A stretch of 26,347 bases of DNA from Opitutales bacterium (GCA_044340815.1 JBIISU010000001.1:1-26347); one strand, 5' to 3'; positions 14,291 to 22,158 are shown, counted from the stretch's first letter. A program made the numbers and translations. Notes: generated by a model not told the origin, from the letters alone.

Positions 14291-15034
14291 ATGCATCTCA
14301 CGCACTCTCCTCGCGTCGCCCTCGTCACCGGTGCCGGCCGCGGCATCGGCAAGGCCATCGCGGAACGCCTCGCCGCCCACGGTCACACGGTGCTCTGCGT
14401 CTCCAAGTCCGACACCTGCGTCGCGGTCGCGAACGACATCCTCGCCAAGGGGCAGAAGGCCAAGGCCTATCAGGTCGACGTCTCCGACGCCGCCGCGGTC
14501 GCCAAGGCCTGCGAGCAGATCGTCGCCGAGTTCGGCGCCGTCGAGATCCTCGTCAACAATGCCGGCATCACCCGCGACAAGCTGGTCATGGCCATGTCCG
14601 AGCAGGATTGGAACGACGTCCTCTCCACCAACCTCTCCTCCGCCTTCTACTGGACCAAGGGGCTCGTCCGTCCGATGACCAAGAAGCGCTGGGGGCGCAT
14701 CATCAGCATCTCCTCCGTCACCGGGGTCCAGGGTAACGCCGGCCAGGCCAATTACGCCGCCGCCAAGGCCGGCCTCCATGGCCTCACGATGACCCTCGCC
14801 CGCGAGCTGGCCGGTCGGAGCATCACCGCCAACGCGGTCGCCCCGGGCTTCATCACCACCGACATGACCGGGGAGCTTTCGGAGGAGATCAAACAGAAGA
14901 TTCTCGGGGTCATCCCCCTGGGCCGTTTTGGCTCGGTCAACGACATCGCCGCCATGGTGGATTTCCTCGCTTCCGAGGAAGGCGGCTACATCACCGGGCA
15001 GGTCTTTTCGGTTGACGGTGGCATGGCTATCTGA
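14291..15034 (+). CDS. fabG: 3-oxoacyl-ACP reductase, 247 aa
   Basis: TGAGRGIG, NNAGITRD, YAAAK, VAPGFI, GQVFSVDGGM; directly upstream of acpP and fabF. Confidence 0.95.
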   Translation: MHLTHSPRVALVTGAGRGIGKAIAERLAAHGHTVLCVSKSDTCVAVANDILAKGQKAKAYQVDVSDAAAVAKACEQIVAEFGAVEILVNNAGITRDKLVMAMSEQDWNDVLSTNLSSAFYWTKGLVRPMTKKRWGRIISISSVTGVQGNAGQANYAAAKAGLHGLTMTLARELAGRSITANAVAPGFITTDMTGELSEEIKQKILGVIPLGRFGSVNDIAAMVDFLASEEGGYITGQVFSVDGGMAI

Positions 15035-15063
15035 CACCCAGAAACCAACAAAAACCCTTTCTT

Positions 15064-15309
15064 ATGCCCGAAAACATCGAACAGCGCGTCAAGGACATCA
15101 TCGTCAAGCAGCTTGGGGTTAACCTCGAGCAGCTCACCCCCACGGCCGGTTTCCAGACCGACCTCAAGGCCGACTCCCTTGACCTGGTGGAAATGATCAT
15201 GGCTTTCGAGGACGAATTCGGCATCGCCTCCATCCCGGAAGACAAGGCCGCCTCGATGAAGACCGTCGGCGACGCCGTCGAGTACATCAAGGCCAACGCC
15301 ACCAAGTAA
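15064..15309 (+). CDS. acpP: Acyl carrier protein, 81 aa
   Basis: DLKADSLD with phosphopantetheine Ser38, EDEFG, TVGDAVEYI. Confidence 0.96.
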   Translation: MPENIEQRVKDIIVKQLGVNLEQLTPTAGFQTDLKADSLDLVEMIMAFEDEFGIASIPEDKAASMKTVGDAVEYIKANATK

Positions 15310-15336
15310 TCTTCCCGGGCCCCCCGGGCCCGACCC

Positions 15337-16590
15337 GTGAGCTCCGCCCACAATCCCCGTCGCGTCGTCGTCACCGGCATCGGTTGCCTGTCGGCGCTTG
15401 GCCATGATACCGAGGCTTTCTGGGACGGCCTGACCAAGGGGCGTTCCGGCATCGGCCGCATCACCCGGTTCGACCCGACGGATTTCCCGTCCAAGGTCGG
15501 CGCCGAAGTGCGCGACTTCGACCCGGGCAAGTTCATGGACCCCAAGGAGGCCAAGCGCAACGACCGCTACACGCAGTACGCCGTCGCCGCCTCCCGCCTG
15601 GCCGTCAACGACGCCAAGCTGGACGTCACCAAGGTCGATTCCGAGCGCTTCGGCGTGATCATCGGTTCCGGCATCGGCGGCATGGAGACCATCGAGAATC
15701 AGGCCCGCGTCCTCATCGAGCGCGGCCCTTCGCGCGTCTCGCCCTTCACCATCCCGTCGCTGATCGCCAACATCGCCTCCGGCGTCGTGGCCATCGAGTT
15801 CCAGGCCAAGTCCGTCAACTTCGGCGTCGTCTCCGCCTGCGCGTCCGGCTCCCACGCCCTCGGCGAGGCGCTGCGTCACATACGCGACGGCCATGCCGAC
15901 ATCATGCTCTCCGGTGGTTCCGAGGCCGCGATCACGCGTCTCGGCTACGCCGGCTTCTGCAACATGAAGGCGATGTCGACCGACTTCAACGACACGCCCG
16001 AGAAGGCCTCGCGTCCGTTCGATAAGCTACGCGACGGCTTCGTCATGGGCGAAGGCGCCGGCGTCCTCGTCATCGAGACCCTCGAGCATGCCCAGGCCCG
16101 CGGGGCCCGCATCTATTGCGAGCTAGTCGGTTATGGCGCCACCTGCGACGCCTACCACATCACCGGCCAGGACCAGGAAGGGAAGGGCCTCGCGCTCTGC
16201 CTCAACCGCGCCCTCGCCGAGGCCGGCGTGGACAAGTCCGAGGTTGGCTACATCAACGCCCACGGTACTTCGACCCCGATCAACGACCGTTGCGAGACGC
16301 TCGCGATCAAGCGTACCTTCGGTGAGGCCGCCCGCCAGATCTCCATCTCCTCGACCAAGTCGATGACCGGTCACCTTCTCGGCGCCGCCGGCGGCGTGGA
16401 AGCGGCCGTCTGCTGCCTCGCGATCCACCACGGCGTCATCCCGCCGACGATCAATTACGAGAACCCGGACCCCGATTGCGACTTGGACTACACCCCGAAC
16501 GTGGCCAAGAAGCGCACGGTCAACGTGGCGATCTCGAACAACCTCGGTTTCGGCGGTCACAACGCCTCCCTGGTCTTCAAGCGCCTCTGA
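15337..16590 (+). CDS. fabF: Beta-ketoacyl-ACP synthase II, 417 aa
   Basis: RRVVVTGIG, catalytic Cys (SAC), His (NAHGTST), His (GHLLGAAG), SNNLGFGGHNA. Confidence 0.96.
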   Translation: MSSAHNPRRVVVTGIGCLSALGHDTEAFWDGLTKGRSGIGRITRFDPTDFPSKVGAEVRDFDPGKFMDPKEAKRNDRYTQYAVAASRLAVNDAKLDVTKVDSERFGVIIGSGIGGMETIENQARVLIERGPSRVSPFTIPSLIANIASGVVAIEFQAKSVNFGVVSACASGSHALGEALRHIRDGHADIMLSGGSEAAITRLGYAGFCNMKAMSTDFNDTPEKASRPFDKLRDGFVMGEGAGVLVIETLEHAQARGARIYCELVGYGATCDAYHITGQDQEGKGLALCLNRALAEAGVDKSEVGYINAHGTSTPINDRCETLAIKRTFGEAARQISISSTKSMTGHLLGAAGGVEAAVCCLAIHHGVIPPTINYENPDPDCDLDYTPNVAKKRTVNVAISNNLGFGGHNASLVFKRL

Positions 16591-16656
16591 GGTCCGCCCG
16601 GGGCGGCGGCTTGGAACTCAGGCGGGTTTCAGGGGTTAACTAGGCATCCCCGAACC

Positions 16657-17439
16657 ATGCGTAAGTTCACCCTTGCCTGCCTTGTCCACGTGTCCGTCTG
16701 GGCCTGGGCCCAGGATGCGGCCCCGGCGCCCGCCCCCGCGGTGCCTCCTGCGCAGATCAAGCTTAAGGCGACGGTCGCGGCTCCGCCCGGTCCGGACGGC
16801 AAGCCCGGCGATGTGCTGGCCGTACCGCAGGTGGTCGTGACCTCCGGGGCCGAGGGGAAGGTGTCCGTCTCCGGGCCGCCCAAGCCCGCCGTGCCCGGCC
16901 AGCCGTCGGTTCCGCCGGCGCAGTTGGAGTTGTCCTTCACCCCCACCTTGCTCCCGACCGGCGAGGTCAGCATCAACCTGCACGCGTCCTTGCCCACCTC
17001 CGCCCAGGACAAGGCCGCCTTCGCCCAGGCCCAGCTGCAGGCCATGTCCGAGAAGGAGCGCGAGCGTCGCTCCCGTTCCGGACGGGAGCGCAGCGCCGGC
17101 GGCAACGGCGTGCCGGTATTCCATTCCGTGCTCCCCTCCGAAGGCTTGTTCTCGCTCGCCGATGATGCCGGTCATCGTCGCTGGATGAAGGTCGGACAGA
17201 CGTTCGCCGGCTGGACCCTCGAGGCCTATGACGCGAAGCATCAGGTGCTCACCATCGCGAAGGAGAAATCCCTGCGCGAACTGACGCTCTACAAGTCCGT
17301 CGTGGAGGCCGGGGCCAATGATGTCGTCAGCACCGTCACCGTCCAGCCCGGCCAGAATTTCGTCATCGGCAGCGCCAACGGCACCACCATCACGCTGTCC
17401 GTGGAGGTCACCAAACTGCCGGTGGTGACGGCCAAGTAA
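16657..17439 (+). CDS. Secreted hypothetical protein with secretin-core-like strands and an inserted PilP/GspC-like module (paralogue A), 260 aa
   Basis: Signal peptide ending AWA|Q; segments QIKLKATV, VLAVPQVVVTSG, LSFTPTLLPTGEVSINL, STVTVQPGQNFVIG follow the secretin-domain order. The CDS is solid; the fold call is by eye. Confidence 0.7.
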   Translation: MRKFTLACLVHVSVWAWAQDAAPAPAPAVPPAQIKLKATVAAPPGPDGKPGDVLAVPQVVVTSGAEGKVSVSGPPKPAVPGQPSVPPAQLELSFTPTLLPTGEVSINLHASLPTSAQDKAAFAQAQLQAMSEKERERRSRSGRERSAGGNGVPVFHSVLPSEGLFSLADDAGHRRWMKVGQTFAGWTLEAYDAKHQVLTIAKEKSLRELTLYKSVVEAGANDVVSTVTVQPGQNFVIGSANGTTITLSVEVTKLPVVTAK

Positions 17440-17454
17440 GACCGGGCCTTCGGC

Positions 17455-17482
17455 TTGCCCTGGGTCAGGAAGCGCTCATCCT
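17455..17482 (+). promoter_or_regulatory. Putative promoter for a leaderless mRNA of paralogue B
   Basis: TTGCCC (17455-17460), N16, CATCCT (17477-17482), N7, ATG (17490). Confidence 0.45.
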
Positions 17483-17489
17483 TGGCGTC

Positions 17490-18182
17490 ATGCTTCTCCG
17501 CGCTTTCGGACGGCTCCTCGCTCTGGTTTGCGTCACGTGGGTCGGCGCCCAGGAGGCCCCGGTCCCGACCCATCTCAAGGTCAAGGCGACCTTCACGCGG
17601 ACCGACAAGGACGGCAAGCCGGAGGTGGTCGCCCAACCCTCCGTCATCACGGTCGACGGCAAGCGGGCCACCATCACCGTCGGCAATGCCGAAGAGGGGG
17701 TGCTCCTGTCGGTCATGCCCAAGGTGAACGCCGACGGCACCCTGACCTTGGACGTCGTCACCGAGACGCGGGAGCCTCCCGCGGCCCCGCCCTCGCCGTC
17801 CGCCACCGCGGCGCGTCCCGCCGCCCCCGCCAAGGCCAAGGGAGGCATCCCCCTCTTCCATGGCGTCCTGCCCGCCGATAAGCTTTTCTCGATCGAGGAC
17901 GCCACCGGTGCCCGTAAGTGGCTGCCCTTGGGTCGTAAGGTCGATGGTTGGACGCTCCGCGCCTACGACGAGAAACGCCAGGCGCTCACCCTCACCCGTC
18001 TGGGCGAGTCGCGCGAACTTGTCCTGCACCAGGCGGTGATCGAAGACGCGCCCGTCGCCGGGCCCTCCGTCCGGCGTAATGAGTCGCGCCTCATCTTGCC
18101 CAAGGGCCAGAGCGCCAAATTGGGTGGGGGCCAGGGGCAGGAGGTCACGCTCGAGGCGGAGATCCTGGATTTCTCCAAGTAA
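17490..18182 (+). CDS. Secreted hypothetical protein with secretin-core-like strands and an inserted PilP/GspC-like module (paralogue B), 230 aa
   Basis: Signal peptide ending VGA|Q; VVAQPSVITVDGKRATITVG, GVLLSVMPKVNADGTLTLDV, RRNESRLILPKGQSAKLGG; same block order as paralogue A. Confidence 0.72.
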   Translation: MLLRAFGRLLALVCVTWVGAQEAPVPTHLKVKATFTRTDKDGKPEVVAQPSVITVDGKRATITVGNAEEGVLLSVMPKVNADGTLTLDVVTETREPPAAPPSPSATAARPAAPAKAKGGIPLFHGVLPADKLFSIEDATGARKWLPLGRKVDGWTLRAYDEKRQALTLTRLGESRELVLHQAVIEDAPVAGPSVRRNESRLILPKGQSAKLGGGQGQEVTLEAEILDFSK

Positions 18183-18204
18183 CCCGGCGCCAAGCGGCTT
18201 GGCT

Positions 18205-18849
18205 TCAGTCCACGTCGAGGTGCCCGACCTTGACGAGGATGGTCGCGCCTTCCGGCCCGGTGAAGGGACGGTGGTTGCTGAGGTGGGGGCTGCGGATCCA
18301 CGTGCCGGCGGGGTAGCTGCCGTGCTCATCGCGGAAGACGCCCTCAAGCACCAGGATCTCCTCGCCGCCCACGTGGGTGTGCGGGTTGAAGCGCGTCTCC
18401 GGGGCCCAGCGGACCAGCGCGGTATGGCGGGTCGGCTCCTGATGCAGCGAGGCGACCTTGAGCCCCGGCACCATGCCTTGACGCCATTCTAGCTTAGACC
18501 CGGCCACCGCATAGGAGTCGGTCGTGGGGTCGGCCGGGTTGCGCTCGTTGAGGTAGAGCACGCCGCCGTTTTCGGACCGCAGGGTCGCCGACAAGCCCGG
18601 GGTCAGCCGCGCGTAGGACGATGGCCCAAGTTCCAAGCCATCCAGCGAAACGGTTCCGCGGACGACGAGCACTTCGAGGAGGCGAACGCCGTCGTGGGTC
18701 CATGACTCGCCGGCGCGGAGGGCGAGGAGGCGGATCCGGCTTTGCTCCTTCACCGCACGTGTTTCCAGGAGGCATTCTCTGGCGCCCTCCGCGAGGAGCG
18801 CGGTCGCGTCGATGACGAACCGTTGCGAGTGGTCGGCGCGCAGGTTCAT
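18205..18849 (-). CDS. ChrR-like bicupin (Cupin_7) protein, 214 aa
   Basis: Start MNLRADHSQRFVID (ATGA overlap with the upstream gene); C-terminal cupin HTHVGGEEILVLEGVFRDEHGSYPAGTWIRSPHLSNHRP. Confidence 0.85.
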   Translation of the reverse strand: MNLRADHSQRFVIDATALLAEGARECLLETRAVKEQSRIRLLALRAGESWTHDGVRLLEVLVVRGTVSLDGLELGPSSYARLTPGLSATLRSENGGVLYLNERNPADPTTDSYAVAGSKLEWRQGMVPGLKVASLHQEPTRHTALVRWAPETRFNPHTHVGGEEILVLEGVFRDEHGSYPAGTWIRSPHLSNHRPFTGPEGATILVKVGHLDVD

Positions 18850-19385
18850 GGGCAGGGGTGTGGTCGGGTGTGGTCGGCGAGCGCTTGCCGCCACTCGGCG
18901 ACCTCGCCGGCGACGCCGTAGCGGCCGAGGCCGGCGCTGATATCCGTCTCGGTCGGTTCGACGACGGCATGCCGCGGGTCGCCCGGCAAGTCCGGGCGGG
19001 CCTGCCGCACGATGGCCCAGGCGGCCCACGCCCGCCACTGCTTGACCTCCGCGCGGTCTCCCCGCACCCGATCGGCCAAGTGCTGGTAATGCACGCGGGC
19101 GTTGCCCGTGAAGCCCTCGGTGGGTTGGGCGACCATCCAGCCGATGGCGCGGTAGGGCGGAGGGTAGGCGCGGACGGCTTCATCCGCCGGGTCGACGTCG
19201 CAATAAAGGGCCCGATCCACGGCCAACAGGGCGCGGGCCGGTAGCCCATCGAGCCAGAGTTGCTGCCCGTACTCCAGGCAGGTCAGGTAGAGCTCCGGGC
19301 CCTGGTCGTCCCGCCACGCCGCCAGGTCGCGCCAGGACAGCGTCCGGCCGCACGAAGGCAGGTATGGGCAGGGAACCGGGGCCAA
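18846..19385 (-). CDS. Hypothetical protein, about 179 aa, predicted helical, Trp/Tyr-rich
   Basis: Protein-like composition from TTG 19385 (7 nt after the MBL stop) to a TGA overlapping the cupin ATG. The ORF-track N-terminal 63 aa overlap the MBL gene and look non-coding. Confidence 0.7.
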   Translation of the reverse strand: MAPVPCPYLPSCGRTLSWRDLAAWRDDQGPELYLTCLEYGQQLWLDGLPARALLAVDRALYCDVDPADEAVRAYPPPYRAIGWMVAQPTEGFTGNARVHYQHLADRVRGDRAEVKQWRAWAAWAIVRQARPDLPGDPRHAVVEPTETDISAGLGRYGVAGEVAEWRQALADHTRPHPCP

Positions 19386-19392
19386 AGGGCGC

Positions 19393-20043
19393 TTAGGGTT
19401 TGGCGTACGGGTTGGTCCGCTTCTCCGCGCCCACGCTCGTCTGGCCGCCATGCCCCGGCAGCAGGATGACGTCGTCCGGTAGCGAGTAGATGCGCGTGCG
19501 GATGGACTGGAGCAGCTGGTTCCAGTCGCCGTTCGGGAGGTCGGTGCGGCCGACCGAGCCCTTGAAGATCGCATCCCCCGGGAAGGCGACCTTCTGGTCG
19601 GCGACGTAGAAGAGGATGCTGCCGGGGCAATGGCCCGGCACGTGGCGGATCTCGAAGCGGTAGCCGCAGGCCTCGACGACGTCGCCTTCGTCCACCCAGC
19701 GGTCGACCTTCACCGAGCGGAAGTCGTCGTCGGAGAGCGAGGGGATCATCGATTGGTAGCGGGTCCGGTAGGCCTCGATGTTCTCGATGAGTTGCTGGTC
19801 GGCCCGGTGGGCGACGACCTGCGCGCCGGCGTCGGCGAAGTGGTGCCCGTCGCACATGTGGTCCCAGTGGCCGTGGGTGATCAGCAGGTGCGTGAGCTTG
19901 AGGCCCCGGCGCTTGATCTCGGCGAGCAGGAGCGGGCCGGCATCCTTCGGCGCATCGACGACGCAGCAGTCCTGGCCGTCGGCGGCGACGATGAGGTACG
20001 CGTTGGTTTCGAAGGGCCCCAGCGGGGCGGCGGCGATGTGCAT
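19393..20043 (-). CDS. MBL-fold metallo-hydrolase (glyoxalase II/YcbL-like), 216 aa
   Basis: GPFETNAY, THGHWDH (HxHxDH), PGHCPG, GDAIFKGSVGRTDLP, PGHG. Confidence 0.92.
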   Translation of the reverse strand: MHIAAAPLGPFETNAYLIVAADGQDCCVVDAPKDAGPLLLAEIKRRGLKLTHLLITHGHWDHMCDGHHFADAGAQVVAHRADQQLIENIEAYRTRYQSMIPSLSDDDFRSVKVDRWVDEGDVVEACGYRFEIRHVPGHCPGSILFYVADQKVAFPGDAIFKGSVGRTDLPNGDWNQLLQSIRTRIYSLPDDVILLPGHGGQTSVGAEKRTNPYAKP

Positions 20044-20048
20044 GGGAA

Positions 20049-20453
20049 TCAGGCGCCGAAGGCGCGGCGGAAGGCGGCTTCGACCGCTTCCGGCGGGCGG
20101 ATCGCCTTGAAGTCGCGGTTCACGAAGGCGTGGACGGTGAACCCTTCGACCAGCAGTTCGCCGTCGCGTTCGACGCGGTAGGTGAGTTTCAGCCGGGCCT
20201 TGGGCTTCTCCGCGAGCGTCACGGTGATGCGGACGCGGTCGTCGAAGCGGGCGGGGCGGTGGTAGGTCAGGCCGGTCTCGAGCACCGGCAGCAGGTAGCC
20301 ATCCTGCTCGAGTTTCCGGTAGGGCGTCCCGAGCTGGTCGAGCAGGGCGACGCGCGCCATCTCGAACCAAGGCAGGTAGTTCCCGTGGTAGGTCACGCCC
20401 ATGGCATCGGTTTCGGCGAAGCGGACGCGGGTCTCGACGGTGGCCTGCAGCAT
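20049..20453 (-). CDS. Acyl-CoA thioesterase, YbgC/FadM hot-dog family, 134 aa
   Basis: RVRFAETDAMGVTYHGNYLPWFEMAR, YHRPARFDD. Confidence 0.92.
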   Translation of the reverse strand: MLQATVETRVRFAETDAMGVTYHGNYLPWFEMARVALLDQLGTPYRKLEQDGYLLPVLETGLTYHRPARFDDRVRITVTLAEKPKARLKLTYRVERDGELLVEGFTVHAFVNRDFKAIRPPEAVEAAFRRAFGA

Positions 20454-20552
20454 GGGGATGTTCTGGCGGCAAGGACCTCGTTTTCCAACGTCAATCGGCG
20501 GCCGCGGAGGCTTGTCCTTGCCCCCCGCCGTTTCCTCCGCTGGACTGCCCGC

Positions 20553-21191
20553 ATGGGACAGCGCGAACGGTTCATCCTTTTCCTGGTCGGGGCCGCCCTC
20601 GGGGTGGCCCTCCTCATGGCCTTCAATTCCCGCGGCAACCCGCAGCGCGACGAACGGAAGCGCGTGGCCGACGCGCTGAGCCTGCCGGGCATGTATTACG
20701 ACTACGCGGTCCAGGGGAAGTCCTTCTTCGGGCATTACGTCCTCGGGGAGCGCCGCACCAAGCTCCCCAACGGCGGCGTGCGGCGCGAACTGGTCACCGG
20801 CGGCCGCAATCGCTTCGACGCCGAAGGCCGGGCGCTGCCGCAGTATGCCATCCTGATCGTCGAGGAGTACGCCCCCGGCGTGGAGCCGACCGAGACCGCC
20901 GCAGTCGCCACCGTCGACTTCCTCTATGCCGACCGCGGGGATGTCCGACTCAAGCCCGGCCGGACCCTCCCGCCCGCCGCCCTGCCGGCCGCCGTGAAGT
21001 CGCAGGTGGAGCCCTCCGGCGGACTGAGCGTCTCCGTCGACCCGCTCGGCCTCAAGGGTGAAGCCGCGTTCGCGTTGGCCGACCTCCTCGCCGCGCTGCC
21101 CAAGACCACGGATGCCGTGGAGTCGGCGGCGCTGCGGCGCATCGATTGGCGGCGCGAAGTCGAACAGATCAAGGCCAACTCCACCCGATGA
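20553..21191 (+). CDS. Hypothetical membrane-anchored protein, 212 aa
   Basis: MGQRERFILFLVGAALGVALLMAF N-terminal TM/signal anchor; GC-typical codon use; stop overlaps the CDF start (ATGA). Confidence 0.75.
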   Translation: MGQRERFILFLVGAALGVALLMAFNSRGNPQRDERKRVADALSLPGMYYDYAVQGKSFFGHYVLGERRTKLPNGGVRRELVTGGRNRFDAEGRALPQYAILIVEEYAPGVEPTETAAVATVDFLYADRGDVRLKPGRTLPPAALPAAVKSQVEPSGGLSVSVDPLGLKGEAAFALADLLAALPKTTDAVESAALRRIDWRREVEQIKANSTR

Positions 21192-22117
21192 CCACCCGGC
21201 TCCAGCGCGAAGGCGGACTCACCGTGGCCTGGAGCCTCGGGGTCAACATCGTGCTGGCCGCGGCCAAGCTGTCCGTCGGCTTCCTCGCCTCTTCGCAGGC
21301 CCTGCTCGCCGATGGCATCCATTCCTTGGTCGATATCGCGAGCGACATCGCCGCGATCATCGGGCTCCGTTTCGCGCACCTGCCCAAGGATGCGGACCAC
21401 CCTTACGGCCATCACCGCGTGTCCACGCTCGCGACGATGTTCATCTCCTCCCTGGTCATCGCGTTCTGCGTCGGCCTGGCCTGGACGTCGGTGCGTTCCT
21501 TGATGGAGGGCGGCGAACTCGCCCAGCCCGGCATCGCGGCCGCCTGGGTCGCGGGCTTCGCGCTGATCCTCAAGGAGGGTTTCTACCAGTATGCGCGTCG
21601 CCAGGCGGAGCGCCTCGGTTCCCGCCTGCTGCTGGCCAACGCCGCCGACCACCGGGCCGACGCCATCGCCTCCTTGCTCGCCTTGATCGCCGTGGTGGTC
21701 GCCCACCTCCATCCGGAGTGGCGGGCCCTCGACAAGGTCGTCGGTCTCGTGCTGGCCGGCTGGCTCGGGGCCGAGGGCCTGAAGCTCTTCAAGGTCTCGT
21801 GCGAGGACCTGATCGACACCGCCCCGGCCGAGCACGTGCTCCACGACCTCAGCGAGCACATCCTGGCCGTGCCCGGCGCCAAGGGTTTCCATGCCTTCCG
21901 CGCCCGCCGTCTGGGCGACCGTTTCGAGGTGGATTTCCACCTGCAGGTCCCCGAGACCGCCACCGTGGCCGAAGGCCATGCCATCGCCGGGCAGGTGAAG
22001 GCCGACATCCTCCGGCTGCACCCCGAGGTGATCTCGGTGCTGGTGCACGTGGAGCCGGACGAGCCCCAGCACCGCAAGCAGGACGGCCACCATGGCCGCT
22101 CCGGCGAAGAGGCCTGA
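21188..22117 (+). CDS. Cation diffusion facilitator (CDF) family transporter, 309 aa
   Basis: SQALLADGIHSLVD, HPYGHHR, six TM helices, C-terminal domain with VDFHLQV and VLVHVEP. Confidence 0.93.
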   Translation: MTTRLQREGGLTVAWSLGVNIVLAAAKLSVGFLASSQALLADGIHSLVDIASDIAAIIGLRFAHLPKDADHPYGHHRVSTLATMFISSLVIAFCVGLAWTSVRSLMEGGELAQPGIAAAWVAGFALILKEGFYQYARRQAERLGSRLLLANAADHRADAIASLLALIAVVVAHLHPEWRALDKVVGLVLAGWLGAEGLKLFKVSCEDLIDTAPAEHVLHDLSEHILAVPGAKGFHAFRARRLGDRFEVDFHLQVPETATVAEGHAIAGQVKADILRLHPEVISVLVHVEPDEPQHRKQDGHHGRSGEEA

Positions 22118-22158
22118 ACGAGGCTTGGATTGGGCGGGTTCCCCGCTTATCAAGGGGC

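Noticed and set aside
15160-15183. ACP motif DLKADSLD instead of DLGADSLD
   Set aside because: Substitution at this position occurs in other ordinary ACPs; Ser38 and the flanking acidic residues are intact.
9867-16590. fabG-acpP-fabF with the reductase as a secondary-metabolite (type II PKS or aryl polyene) cluster
   Set aside because: Single canonical FabF with the Cys-His-His triad, no chain-length factor, cyclase or tailoring genes; consistent with housekeeping fatty acid synthesis.
18189-18205. GCCAAG-CGG-CTTGGC hairpin between convergent genes as a terminator
   Set aside because: Only a 6-bp stem with a 3-nt loop and no U-tract on either strand; too weak to call.
21058-22158. Apparent 842-aa extended sulfatase (also the 13913 extension of fabG and the 20472/20735/19574/19038 extensions on the minus strand)
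   Set aside because: These are stop-poor alternative frames over real neighbouring genes, typical of high-GC DNA; motifs and signal peptides define the shorter starts.
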